This document shows, in pieces, positions 52,749 through 61,361 of a stretch of DNA of 64,000 nucleotides (positions are counted from its first letter, which is position 1; each line of letters opens with the position of its first letter). The stretch is from Longimicrobiaceae bacterium. Its GTDB lineage: Bacteria; Gemmatimonadota; Gemmatimonadetes; Longimicrobiales; Longimicrobiaceae. Under the pieces are notes generated by a model. The model was given only the letters and a program-made list of their open reading frames with translations. It made no database searches and was not told the origin of the DNA. The stretch covers positions 56,736 to 120,735 of the forward strand of contig DASSTO010000009.1 in NCBI GenBank assembly GCA_035707865.1. The letters are read 5' to 3'. Both the position numbers and the translations under genes were made by a program.

Positions 52749-54623
52749 ATGTGCGGCATCTGCGGTAGCATTCGCCTGTGCGGGCCCACCACGCCGGAGG
52801 ACGATCGGGTCGTCCGCGCCATGATGCGCAGTCTGGAGCATCGGGGCCCGGACGGGCAGGGGATCTGGTCGGACGACGAGGCGGTCCTGGGGCACCTTCG
52901 CCTCGCGATCATCGATCTCGCGGGTGGTTACCAGCCCCTGCTCAACGAGACCGGGCGGATCGGCGTCGTCTTCAACGGCGAGATCTACAACTACCGCGAG
53001 CTGCGCGACCAGCTCCGCGCCGCCGGGCACCGCTTCCGGACGGAGAGCGACACCGAGGTACTGGTGCACGGCTACGAGGAGTGGGGCGACGCGCTGCCGG
53101 AGCGCCTGCGCGGGATGTTCGCCTTCGTGCTCCGGGACGGAGAGCGTCGGCGCACGCTGCTCGTCCGCGATCGCCTGGGAGTGAAGCCGCTCTACTACCT
53201 CCGCTCTCCGGCCGGGGGAACGCTACGCTTCGCGTCCGAGATCAAGGCGCTCTTCGCGGATCCCCACGTCCCGCGGGCGCTCAATGCCGGCCGGCTCTCC
53301 GAGTATTTCGCGTTCCGCAGCATCGTCGGCGAGGAGACGCTCTTCGAGGGCGTCCGCGAGCTGGAGCCGGGGACGCTCATGGTGGTGGAGGACGGCCGCT
53401 GCTCGGTGCGGAGCTACTGGTCGCCGGAATCGGCAGTCGGCGCGACCGCCGCTGACATTGCCGGAGGGGGCCGTGAGCTGCTCGTGGACGCCGTACGGGC
53501 GCGGCTGGTGAGCGACGTCGCGCTCGGGACGATCACCAGCGGCGGACTGGACTCGAGCCTGGTGAGCGCCATCGCGGCGGAGGTCGCCGGAGAGGCCATC
53601 GACACCTTCTGCGTCGGCTTCTCCGATCCCGCCTACGACGAGCGGCCGTTCGCGCGTGCGGTCGCGGAGCGCATCGATTCGCGGCACCACGAGATCGTCG
53701 TCTCGCCCGAGGACCTGGTCCGCGAGCTCGACCGCCTGACCTGGGCGCACGACGAGCCGCTCACGCATCCGAACTCCATCCCCATGCACCTCCTCTTCCG
53801 GGAGGCGAAGGAGCGCCAGCACGTGACGGTGCTGCTCTCGGGGGAGGGCGCGGACGAGGTGTTCGGGGGCTACGAGTGGTACTCGGTCGCTCACCGGCGG
53901 GCGTCGCTCCGGCGCGTTCCCGGGCTGCCGACGCTCGCCCGCTGGCTCCCCGGGCGCCGCTTCGCCACGCTGCGGCGCGTGCTCCACCCCGACTACCTGC
54001 TCGTCTCCAACGCGGTCTCGCGGCCCTCCGAGGTCGCGGCGCTGTGCGCGGGCGACCCCGTGGCCACCCGGCGCGAACGCTGGCCCCGCGACGCCGGCGA
54101 GGAGGGGCTCTTCGTCTACGATCAGCGCACCTACCTCGCCCCGCTGCTCCAGCGCCAGGACCGGATGAGCATGGCCGCGGGGCTGGAGGCGCGCGTGCCC
54201 TTCCTCGACCACGCACTGGTCGAGTGGGCGAACGCGCTCCCCATGCGCACGAAGCTGCCCGGGGGGAGCCGGAAGGCGCTGCTGAAGGCGCTCGCGGCCC
54301 GCTGGCTCCCGGAGAGCATCGTACACCGGAAGAAAGTGGGGTTCGCGATGCCCCTGGGGGCGTGGATGCGCGGGGGCGGCCCGCTCGCGCGGCGGGTGGA
54401 CGAGCTACGCGATCCTCAGGCGTTCGTCCAGGGGGTGGCGCGGGCGGGGGCGGTGGACGCGTTGGTCCGTGAGCACGCCGCGGGCGCCGACCGAACCGAC
54501 CTGCTCTGGTCGCTCCTGGCCCTCGAGCGGTGGGCGAGCGTCTTCCTCGGTCCGGCGCTCCGGACCGAGGAGCTGCCGGGGAGGAACACGGGGCTCGTGC
54601 GGGCCGTCTCCAGTCCCTCCTGA
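52749..54623 (+). CDS. asparagine synthase family amidotransferase, paralogue 3
   Basis: 624 aa. MCGICG, HRGPDG, ITSGGLDSS. Confidence 0.9.
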   Translation: MCGICGSIRLCGPTTPEDDRVVRAMMRSLEHRGPDGQGIWSDDEAVLGHLRLAIIDLAGGYQPLLNETGRIGVVFNGEIYNYRELRDQLRAAGHRFRTESDTEVLVHGYEEWGDALPERLRGMFAFVLRDGERRRTLLVRDRLGVKPLYYLRSPAGGTLRFASEIKALFADPHVPRALNAGRLSEYFAFRSIVGEETLFEGVRELEPGTLMVVEDGRCSVRSYWSPESAVGATAADIAGGGRELLVDAVRARLVSDVALGTITSGGLDSSLVSAIAAEVAGEAIDTFCVGFSDPAYDERPFARAVAERIDSRHHEIVVSPEDLVRELDRLTWAHDEPLTHPNSIPMHLLFREAKERQHVTVLLSGEGADEVFGGYEWYSVAHRRASLRRVPGLPTLARWLPGRRFATLRRVLHPDYLLVSNAVSRPSEVAALCAGDPVATRRERWPRDAGEEGLFVYDQRTYLAPLLQRQDRMSMAAGLEARVPFLDHALVEWANALPMRTKLPGGSRKALLKALAARWLPESIVHRKKVGFAMPLGAWMRGGGPLARRVDELRDPQAFVQGVARAGAVDALVREHAAGADRTDLLWSLLALERWASVFLGPALRTEELPGRNTGLVRAVSSPS

Positions 54624-54668
54624 CCCCTTCGCCGGGGGCCTCCACGGGGAGATCGGCGGGTGGGGCGC

Positions 54669-54696
54669 TTGACAGCCCCGGATATTCTCGTAGGTT
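54669..54696 (+). promoter_or_regulatory. sigma-70-like promoter TTGACA-N16-TAGGTT
   Basis: -35 at 54669-54674 and -10 at 54691-54696. Lies ~24 nt upstream of riboswitch 2. Confidence 0.45.
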
Positions 54697-54719
54697 GCGT
54701 CCGGACATCACCAACACCA

Positions 54720-54814
54720 CGCTGTTCAGAGCAAACCCGTCGAAAGGCGGGGACGCAGAGTCACGGGGCTACGGGGGAGAAGCTGCTCTTCCCACGCCCG
54801 CCGGGCCGCCAGCG
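54720..54814 (+). ncRNA. c-di-GMP-I (GEMM-I)-like riboswitch aptamer, copy 2
   Basis: CGCUG-UUCAGAGCAAACC-CGUC GAAA GGCGG-GGACGCAGAGUCACGGGGCUAC-...-CGCCCGCCGGGCCGC-CAGCG. Same core as copy 1, with compensatory stem changes. Confidence 0.8.
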
Positions 54815-55010
54815 ACCTGATCCGCCGCGTTCGCGCGAGATCCAGGTAGCGGCGGCCTTTCCGTTTATATGACCCCTTCGGTTCGCGCGGACGACTACAG
54901 TTTTCGCCGCGCGCTGCCGACACTGTGATGGCGAGGGGGTGTGGAACGCCAGCCCGGGTCTCCCCTGTGGGACTCCGCGCTGTCCTCGACACCTCCTCGA
55001 CAACTCACAG

Positions 55011-55100
55011 CGCTGCTCAGAGCAAAGCCGGCGAAAGCCGGTGGCGCAGAGCCACGGGACTACAGCGGCGCGAGCCGCCATGTCCGCCGGGCCGCCAGCG
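55011..55100 (+). ncRNA. c-di-GMP-I (GEMM-I)-like riboswitch aptamer, copy 3
   Basis: CGCUG-CUCAGAGCAAA-GCCGGC GAAA GCCGGU-GGCGCAGAGCCACGGGACUAC-AGCGGC(GCGA)GCCGC-CAUGUCCGCCGGGCCGC-CAGCG. Confidence 0.75.
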
Positions 55101-55242
55101 ATTCGGCCGATGCAGAGAGACCCTCTCTCCCATCGGCAGGACCTGGCGGCTTTTTCGTGCCCCTGGTCCTCAGGCATTCACGGCCGCGGACCCCGACAAC
55201 TGGTCGGGGTCGGGCCAAAGCAATAACTTGAGGAGGAAGCTG

Positions 55243-57120
55243 ATGGTGGCATTCAGTGTCCGGCGACAGGGTAGGCTAACCGTGATGGTGCCCGCGATAC
55301 TCCTGCTCCTTTCGGCGTGTGATTCGTCGCTGACCGCGCCCGCGATCCCCGTGGTGACCGACACCGCGAGCTCCGGGGTGGTCAGCAGTCCTGCAGCATC
55401 CGTGATCCAGCTCCCGGTGGGCGATTCTGTCCTGCTGGCGGTGGTCGGCGGCACCACGGAGTCGAAGGTAAACGCGAGCTCGTCCGTGCAGGATGCATCG
55501 ACCACGATGCAGGTGCTGATGGGCGTGAAGAGCTCCTACACGACGGTGCGGGTCCCCGGCTCCGCCAGCTTCGACCCGCGCCAGATCGCCGACAGCTCCG
55601 TCACTCTTCGCAGCGCGAACGGCCCCGTGGTGCGTATGGCCAGGCGCCAGGACGGCTCCTACGTCAAGGTGGTCACCGGCGGGGCCTATCCGTCCATGGT
55701 TTACTACTTCCGGAGCTCCGCGCTGGGCGCGGACGCGACAGACTACCCCTCCCTCGTCTTCCAGGGACGGCACGCGCAGCTGGGCATCATCCGCGGGACG
55801 GTCAACGGCGGCTCCGTGAGCGCCTCCTCCGGTACCGCTTCCTCGACGGACGCGTGGGCCAGCTCGGCTCCGAACGTGGTCTCGGTCGACTTTCGCGGGC
55901 TCGCCGTCGCCCATTCGGCCGGCGATGCGGTCGTCACGCACGAAACGACGGCGGGGCAGGATACCTTCCGGATCCGGAGCGTCGAGACGGCGGGCAGCGC
56001 GGACACCGCAAGCGCGCCGGCCTCCACGAGCGGGGACGTGGTGCAGTACCCCTCCGCGGCCGTGGCCTTCATCGCCGGGCCGGCGCTCAAGCTGGGCAGC
56101 GCGCTCAATCCGTACCCCTGGTATGACAAGATCGCGAACGAGAAAGCGCCCGTCCATGCCGCGGAGGCGCTGGATCCCGCGACGTCGTGGAACACGCTGG
56201 ACGGCTACGTGATGTACTACGACCTGGGCCTCACGCTCTATCAGCTCTATTACCGGAGCGGGGACGAGCACATCCACGAACTCGCCCGTAAGGTGGTGGA
56301 CCACTGGGTGGAGGCGGCTCGGAACACCAGCGTGCGGCCCTACAATCTGGCCCCGCGGAGCGTGAACCTCGACGGCATCATCCTGCGCGCGCTGGACGGG
56401 CGGCCGGAGCTCTGGCCGGAGATTCTCGCCTACGTGCGCACCATGTACCCGATGTGGCTCGGCAACCACCTCAACGACTCGAAGCTGTGGTACGGCATCC
56501 GGGACGGGGGCTTCACGCTGCTCTACACGGCGCAGCTGGCCGAGGTCTACCCCGACTCCGCCGTGCGCGCGGAGATGAAGGCCAAGGCGCTCGCGGCGGC
56601 CACCACCTACTACGCCCGGCTCCAGCACGCGGACGGCGGCTGGTACTACCGCTTGAAAGAGGCCAACGACTCACTCGTCTCCCAGCCCTTCCAGGTGGGC
56701 TTCCTGATGGAGGGCCTCATTGCCGCGCACCAGGTCACCGGAGATGCGACTATCGCACGCGAAATCACGCGTGGCGTGGACTGGCTCTATCAGTACGGCT
56801 TCGATGCGCGCGAGCCCTACAAGGCGATGTGGTACTGGGTCGATGAGCAGCACAATGGCAAGGGCCACGGGCCGGCGACCACCGCGATGTGGAACGCGCG
56901 GGAGCTCAACGGCACCACGATCCATGCCTTCGGCTACGCCTACAAGCTCACGGGGGATGAGAAGTACCGCACGGAGGGCGACGACGTCCTGGAGGCTACC
57001 TTCAATTACGATCCGAGCGATCCGAAGGGCTCCACCGGACTCGCGTTCTATCGCGGCAAGGAGTACAACCAGAATTATCGCTCGAGTGGCCATTACTTGG
57101 TCTGGAGGCTGGGCTTCTGA
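55243..57120 (+). CDS. secreted lipoprotein; C-terminal domain possibly alpha/alpha-toroid (glycan-active enzyme-like)
   Basis: 625 aa. AGGAGG lies 6 nt upstream of ATG 55243. Lipobox LLLSAC. A Big_2-like segment near residue 210. The C-terminal ~370 aa is rich in W/Y/helix repeats (DGGWYYRL, FLMEGLIAAH, WLYQYGF, FGYAYKLTGD). The fold call is tentative. Confidence 0.7.
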   Translation: MVAFSVRRQGRLTVMVPAILLLLSACDSSLTAPAIPVVTDTASSGVVSSPAASVIQLPVGDSVLLAVVGGTTESKVNASSSVQDASTTMQVLMGVKSSYTTVRVPGSASFDPRQIADSSVTLRSANGPVVRMARRQDGSYVKVVTGGAYPSMVYYFRSSALGADATDYPSLVFQGRHAQLGIIRGTVNGGSVSASSGTASSTDAWASSAPNVVSVDFRGLAVAHSAGDAVVTHETTAGQDTFRIRSVETAGSADTASAPASTSGDVVQYPSAAVAFIAGPALKLGSALNPYPWYDKIANEKAPVHAAEALDPATSWNTLDGYVMYYDLGLTLYQLYYRSGDEHIHELARKVVDHWVEAARNTSVRPYNLAPRSVNLDGIILRALDGRPELWPEILAYVRTMYPMWLGNHLNDSKLWYGIRDGGFTLLYTAQLAEVYPDSAVRAEMKAKALAAATTYYARLQHADGGWYYRLKEANDSLVSQPFQVGFLMEGLIAAHQVTGDATIAREITRGVDWLYQYGFDAREPYKAMWYWVDEQHNGKGHGPATTAMWNARELNGTTIHAFGYAYKLTGDEKYRTEGDDVLEATFNYDPSDPKGSTGLAFYRGKEYNQNYRSSGHYLVWRLGF

Positions 57121-57142
57121 GCATCAGAACTCCACCGAAATA

Positions 57143-57202
57143 GCGGATGAAGACTACTCCCGGGGCTCGGCGTACCGAGCCCCGGGAGTAGTCTTCATCC
57201 GC
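57143..57202. terminator. 28-bp perfect hairpin between convergent operons
   Basis: GCGGATGAAGACTACTCCCGGGGCTCGG (57143-57170), CGTA loop, exact complement at 57175-57202. Confidence 0.6.
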
Positions 57203-57234
57203 TGATGCGGATCGTGGCTTGGCAGCCTCTGGGC

Positions 57235-58101
57235 TCACCGGCGCTCGTCCGGCACTCCTCTCATCTTCGCGATCCCGCTTCGGACTCGCCCGACCGGGAG
57301 ATGCACGGCACGCCGGAAGAGTAGGTACCCGAGTTCGCGGGACGACCTCACAGGCGTACCGTGCTCTCCGTCTCGCCCCGCGAATTCGCTGGCCACCTCC
57401 TTGCGCAGGCGCTCTTCCCCGTATTCCGCCACCTGCCGGGGGTACAGCTCGTCGCGGGCGAAGCGGTAGAGCTCCAGGTCCAGCTGGTTGCGCTCCACAC
57501 ACTGCTCGCGGTACCGCTCCGCGATCGAGCGCCGCTTCTCGCCGGACTGCGCCGGGTTGTGGGGTCGTCCATACCAGGGGTCGAGCCCATTCAATCCGAG
57601 TGCCTGCCGCACGAGGAGGAGCGACTCGTCGAAGCGCTCCAGGAGCCCGATCGCGCGATAGCGGCTGGCGAGGATCTGCTTCGCGGCTTCCACGTCCTGC
57701 TCGCCCGCCAGGAACTGCGTCTGCCAGTTGTGCTGGATCGGCTGCTCCATCCACTGCTCGAAGGGCGCGGTGACGCCCATGTGCTCCACGTGGTACTGGT
57801 AGTGGGAGAGGAAGCGCGAGACCGGCTCTCGCAGAAAGATGTACCACGCCAGGCGGTCCTCGAACTCGCCGAAGTCCACGAACGGCCGCAGCCAGTGGCC
57901 GCCGATGCTGCGCGCCCACGGGTTCAGCCGGAGGTCCGCGGCCAGGTCCTTCTTCCGGTAGATCCAGCCGCGCGGCGGGTTCACCAGCATGTGACGGACC
58001 CCGAAGTGGCGGCGCATCACCGCTTCCACGGTGGTGCCGCCCGCCTTCTGGACGTGCGAGAAGCACGCGATCGGCGCGTCGCCTCGTCCGCTCGTACTCA
58101 T
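57235..58101 (-). CDS. sulfotransferase-family protein (Sulfotransfer_2-like)
   Basis: 288 aa from ATG 58101 (ATGA overlap with the upstream stop). 5'-PSB-like FSHVQKAGGTT, 3'-PB-like FLREPVSRFLSHYQY, and later GLLERFDESLLL. Confidence 0.7.
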   Translation of the reverse strand: MSTSGRGDAPIACFSHVQKAGGTTVEAVMRRHFGVRHMLVNPPRGWIYRKKDLAADLRLNPWARSIGGHWLRPFVDFGEFEDRLAWYIFLREPVSRFLSHYQYHVEHMGVTAPFEQWMEQPIQHNWQTQFLAGEQDVEAAKQILASRYRAIGLLERFDESLLLVRQALGLNGLDPWYGRPHNPAQSGEKRRSIAERYREQCVERNQLDLELYRFARDELYPRQVAEYGEERLRKEVASEFAGRDGEHGTPVRSSRELGYLLFRRAVHLPVGRVRSGIAKMRGVPDERR

Positions 58102-59087
58102 TCGCTTGTCATGCGTGCCAGTACAATCAGGTGCTCTCCCATCATCAGGTGCGAAATGAGCCATTTCACGCCCTGCTTCGCTCGGGAGATCGTCCGTCGT
58201 CGGATCGCCGGGCGGTTCGGCTGGGCAACCGCGGGAACGGCGGGCGCTGCCTCCATCTTGGGTCGGACCGGTGCTGCAAAGAACTCCTCAACGCCCATCC
58301 CAACCGCACGAACGGAGATCGGATCGTAGCCGGCCTGGCGGAGGATCATCAGAAGCTGGCGTGCGGCGAAGTAATACAGGTGGATCGGGAACGCCTGGAA
58401 GCGCTGTCCCTGTCGTGGAAGGCGCCTGGACAGAGGGGTCCCGGCGATTCGCGCACGCAACGAACCCACGTTCGGTACCTCGACCATCAGAATACCCCCG
58501 GGCTCCAGCATCCGGCGAACCTTCCCGAGAGTCTCCCGCGCATCCGGAAGGTGCTCGAGCACGTGAATCATGGTAACCGCGGCGGTGCGCACTCCCGCGG
58601 CGAGTGCCTCCGGCAAATCGGCGTAGACCCGGAAGCCCCGCACCGCGAGGTTCTCACGGGCGAGATCTCCTGGCTCTACACCGTATGCTTCCATGCCCCG
58701 CGCCGATGCAGCATGCAACAGAGCACCGGCACCGCAACCAAGGTCGAGCAGAGTCCCCGGAGTACACACCTGCATCAGCAACGAGAGCCGGAACGCGGCA
58801 TCGGCTGCGTCGGACGCGGCGTAGGACGCATCGTGGCAGTGATAGTCTGCGCGATTGTAGAATGAGCGGAGTAGCTCACCCGCGGGCCGCGGATTGGTGA
58901 AGGTGAACCCACAGCTACGGCAGTGCGAGAGCGCGAGGCGACTTTCGACTTCCGCGAAGTGATCGCGCCCGATCCACACTGTCGGAGCCGGTCGCGAGCC
59001 CAACCGCGTCGAGTCGCAGATCGGGCAAGCGGTGAGCACTTCGAGATTTTCCGGGTGGGGCGGCCTGTCGAGCGAAAGCGTGCTCAT
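58098..59087 (-). CDS. class I SAM-dependent methyltransferase with N-terminal zinc ribbon
   Basis: 329 aa. CPICDS...CRSCGF. SAM motif I LLDLGCGAGALL. HVLEHLPD. Confidence 0.8.
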   Translation of the reverse strand: MSTLSLDRPPHPENLEVLTACPICDSTRLGSRPAPTVWIGRDHFAEVESRLALSHCRSCGFTFTNPRPAGELLRSFYNRADYHCHDASYAASDAADAAFRLSLLMQVCTPGTLLDLGCGAGALLHAASARGMEAYGVEPGDLARENLAVRGFRVYADLPEALAAGVRTAAVTMIHVLEHLPDARETLGKVRRMLEPGGILMVEVPNVGSLRARIAGTPLSRRLPRQGQRFQAFPIHLYYFAARQLLMILRQAGYDPISVRAVGMGVEEFFAAPVRPKMEAAPAVPAVAQPNRPAIRRRTISRAKQGVKWLISHLMMGEHLIVLARMTSE

Positions 59088-59213
59088 CAGCGGAGGGAGC
59101 CAGGGTAAAGGGTGCCAGGCGAGCTCCTACCCCATTCGGGCATATGGCGCAGCGAAAAACGGCCACCGTCGGGCGCAAGCGGAGTAAGGTCACGCCAGAT
59201 CCCGGTCTGTTCT

Positions 59214-61361
59214 TCATCGCTCCAAGCTCACGGCCCGCCCCGTCCGCAGCGACTCCTCGATCGCGAAGGTGGCGCGCGTCGTCCGTGCGAGCGAGTCGAC
59301 CGCGATCGGCGGCGCACCGCCCCGCAGCGCGCTCAGAAAGGACGCGACCTCGGCGTCGAAGCCCTTGTCCTGCGCCTTGCCTCCGCTCTCGCTCGCTTTC
59401 CCGCCGCGCTGGACGGTGAGGGTGCGGAAGTCGTCGAGCACGCCCACCGCCCCGCCGCCGAAGACCTCCACCCGCTCCTTCGGGTAGCTCCTGTCGCCCG
59501 TGGCGAAGTAGTCGATGCTCGCCACGGAGCCGCCGCGCATCCGCAGCGCGATCGTGACGGTGTCGTGGGTCGCCCCCTGCGCGCCGCCGAGGCTGTAGGC
59601 GAAGACCTCCGCCACCTCGTCGTCGGCCAGGTACTGCACGAGATCGACGAAGTGGCAGACCTCGCCGATGATGCGGCCGCCGCCCTGCTCCGCGTCGTGG
59701 ATCCAGTGCCCGGCCGGGATGGGGCCGGCGTTCACCCGGTAGTGGATGGCGAGCGGGCCCGCGTTCGCGAACTCCTTCCGGAGCGAGCGGGCGAGCGGAG
59801 AGAAGCGGCGGTTGAAGCCGACGGTGAGCAGCCGACCCGTCTCCGCCTGCGCCTCGAGGATCTCCCGGAGCTCCTCCTCGTTCAGCGCGAGGGGCTTCTC
59901 GACGAAGACCGCCTTCCCGGCGCGCAGCGCGTCGGTGACGTAGCGCGCGTGCGAGCCGTGGCGGGTGGTGATGACGACGGCGTCCACGCGCTCGTCGCGC
60001 AGCAGCTCGGAGGCGTCGGTGGTGCAGAGCTGAAAGCCGAACCTCTCGCCGGTGGAGCGCGCGCTCGGGCCGGTGGCGGTGGCGATCCCCACCATCTCCA
60101 CGCCCTTACCGCGGGCGAAGCGCGGGAGCAGCGTGGCCTTTCCGAAACTCCCCGCGCCGATGAACCCGAGGCCGATCTGGCCGCTGGCGGTGGTGCGCGG
60201 CCGCAGCTCGACCACGCGCGTGACCGGCTGCTCGGCGGCCTCCGGGTAGCTCAGCAGGATGCCGAGGTAGGGCTCGTCCACCTCGCCGCCGATGAGGTGG
60301 TAGGCGGCGCCGGCGGCGGCGACGGGGAAGCTGTGCGTGCTGAGGCGGCCGGGCGTGACCCGGCCGGCGGCGACGAGCTGGAGGAACTCCTCCATGTTGC
60401 GCCGCTCCGTCCAGCGCACGTAGCCGATGGGGTAATCCTGGCCCTTCTCCTCGTACGCGGGGTCGTAGCGGCCGGGCCCGTAGGAGCGCGAGAGGCGCAG
60501 CTCGAGCTCCTTGCGGTAGTACGTCTCGCGCGGGATGTCCATTCGCACCGCGCCGACCATGGAGACGCGGCCTCGGTCTCGACAGATCTCGCCCGCCAGC
60601 TCGATGGGGTCGTTGCTGTTGGCGGCGGCCGTGATGACGACCGCGTCCACCCCGACACCGCCAGTGAAGGTCGCCACGGCGGCCGGGACGTCGTCCGAGC
60701 GCACCACGGCGGCGTCGGCACCCAGCTCGCGGGCCAGGGCCACCTTGCTCGGGTCCAGGTCGATGCCGAGCACGCGGCAGCCCGAGGCCCGGAGGATCTG
60801 CACGGCGAGCTGGCCGAGGAGGCCGAGCCCGATCACCGCCACGCGGTCGCCCAGGCGCACGTCGGCGATGCGCACGCCCTGCATGGCGATGGCGCCGAGC
60901 GTAACGTAGGCCGCGTCGTCGAAGGAGACGCCGTCGGGGATCGCCACGACGAGGTTCTTCGGGACGACCACCACCTCCGCGTGGTTGGCGTATCCCGCGC
61001 CCGCGCAGGCGACGCGCTGCCCGACGGAGAACTCCTCCGCTCCCCTTCCCACCTCCTCCACCACCCCCGCGCAGGAGTAGCCGAGCGGGATGGGCATGTC
61101 GAGGCGGTTCATCACCGCCTCCAGCGTCGGGCGGATGCCGTCCTTCGCCATCCTCTCCAGCACCTGCTTCACCAGGTCGGGGCGGCTGCGGGCCTTCTCC
61201 AGCAGCGACTTGCTGCCGAAGTCGACGGCCGTCTTCTCCGTGCCCGCGCTGATGAGTGAGGCCGCGGTGCGCACGAGGACGCTGCCCGAGTGCGCCCGGG
61301 GCGCGGGCACCTCGAGCACCTGCGTGGCGCGGGAACGATCGTTCTGGATCACCTGCTTCAT
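59214..61361 (-). CDS. bi-domain oxidoreductase (MDR alcohol-dehydrogenase-like + Gfo/Idh/MocA)
   Basis: 715 aa. N-terminal GYSCAGVVEEVG and VAVIGLGLLGQLAVQIL. C-terminal IGLGFIGAGSFGKATLLPRF with the Gfo/Idh/MocA pattern. Confidence 0.85.
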   Translation of the reverse strand: MKQVIQNDRSRATQVLEVPAPRAHSGSVLVRTAASLISAGTEKTAVDFGSKSLLEKARSRPDLVKQVLERMAKDGIRPTLEAVMNRLDMPIPLGYSCAGVVEEVGRGAEEFSVGQRVACAGAGYANHAEVVVVPKNLVVAIPDGVSFDDAAYVTLGAIAMQGVRIADVRLGDRVAVIGLGLLGQLAVQILRASGCRVLGIDLDPSKVALARELGADAAVVRSDDVPAAVATFTGGVGVDAVVITAAANSNDPIELAGEICRDRGRVSMVGAVRMDIPRETYYRKELELRLSRSYGPGRYDPAYEEKGQDYPIGYVRWTERRNMEEFLQLVAAGRVTPGRLSTHSFPVAAAGAAYHLIGGEVDEPYLGILLSYPEAAEQPVTRVVELRPRTTASGQIGLGFIGAGSFGKATLLPRFARGKGVEMVGIATATGPSARSTGERFGFQLCTTDASELLRDERVDAVVITTRHGSHARYVTDALRAGKAVFVEKPLALNEEELREILEAQAETGRLLTVGFNRRFSPLARSLRKEFANAGPLAIHYRVNAGPIPAGHWIHDAEQGGGRIIGEVCHFVDLVQYLADDEVAEVFAYSLGGAQGATHDTVTIALRMRGGSVASIDYFATGDRSYPKERVEVFGGGAVGVLDDFRTLTVQRGGKASESGGKAQDKGFDAEVASFLSALRGGAPPIAVDSLARTTRATFAIEESLRTGRAVSLER

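Noticed and set aside
44226-54720. Series of long minus-strand ORFs (44226-46580, 49445-51310, 50940-53069, 53223-54326, 53761-54720)
   Set aside because: All are antisense to AsnB-, Wzy- or CapK-type genes with intact catalytic motifs. All have Arg/Gly/Pro/Ala-biased composition.
59112-61259. 715-aa plus-strand ORF mirroring the oxidoreductase gene
   Set aside because: It is the same length as the true minus-strand gene but lacks Rossmann or any other motifs. The minus-strand product has two clean dehydrogenase domains.
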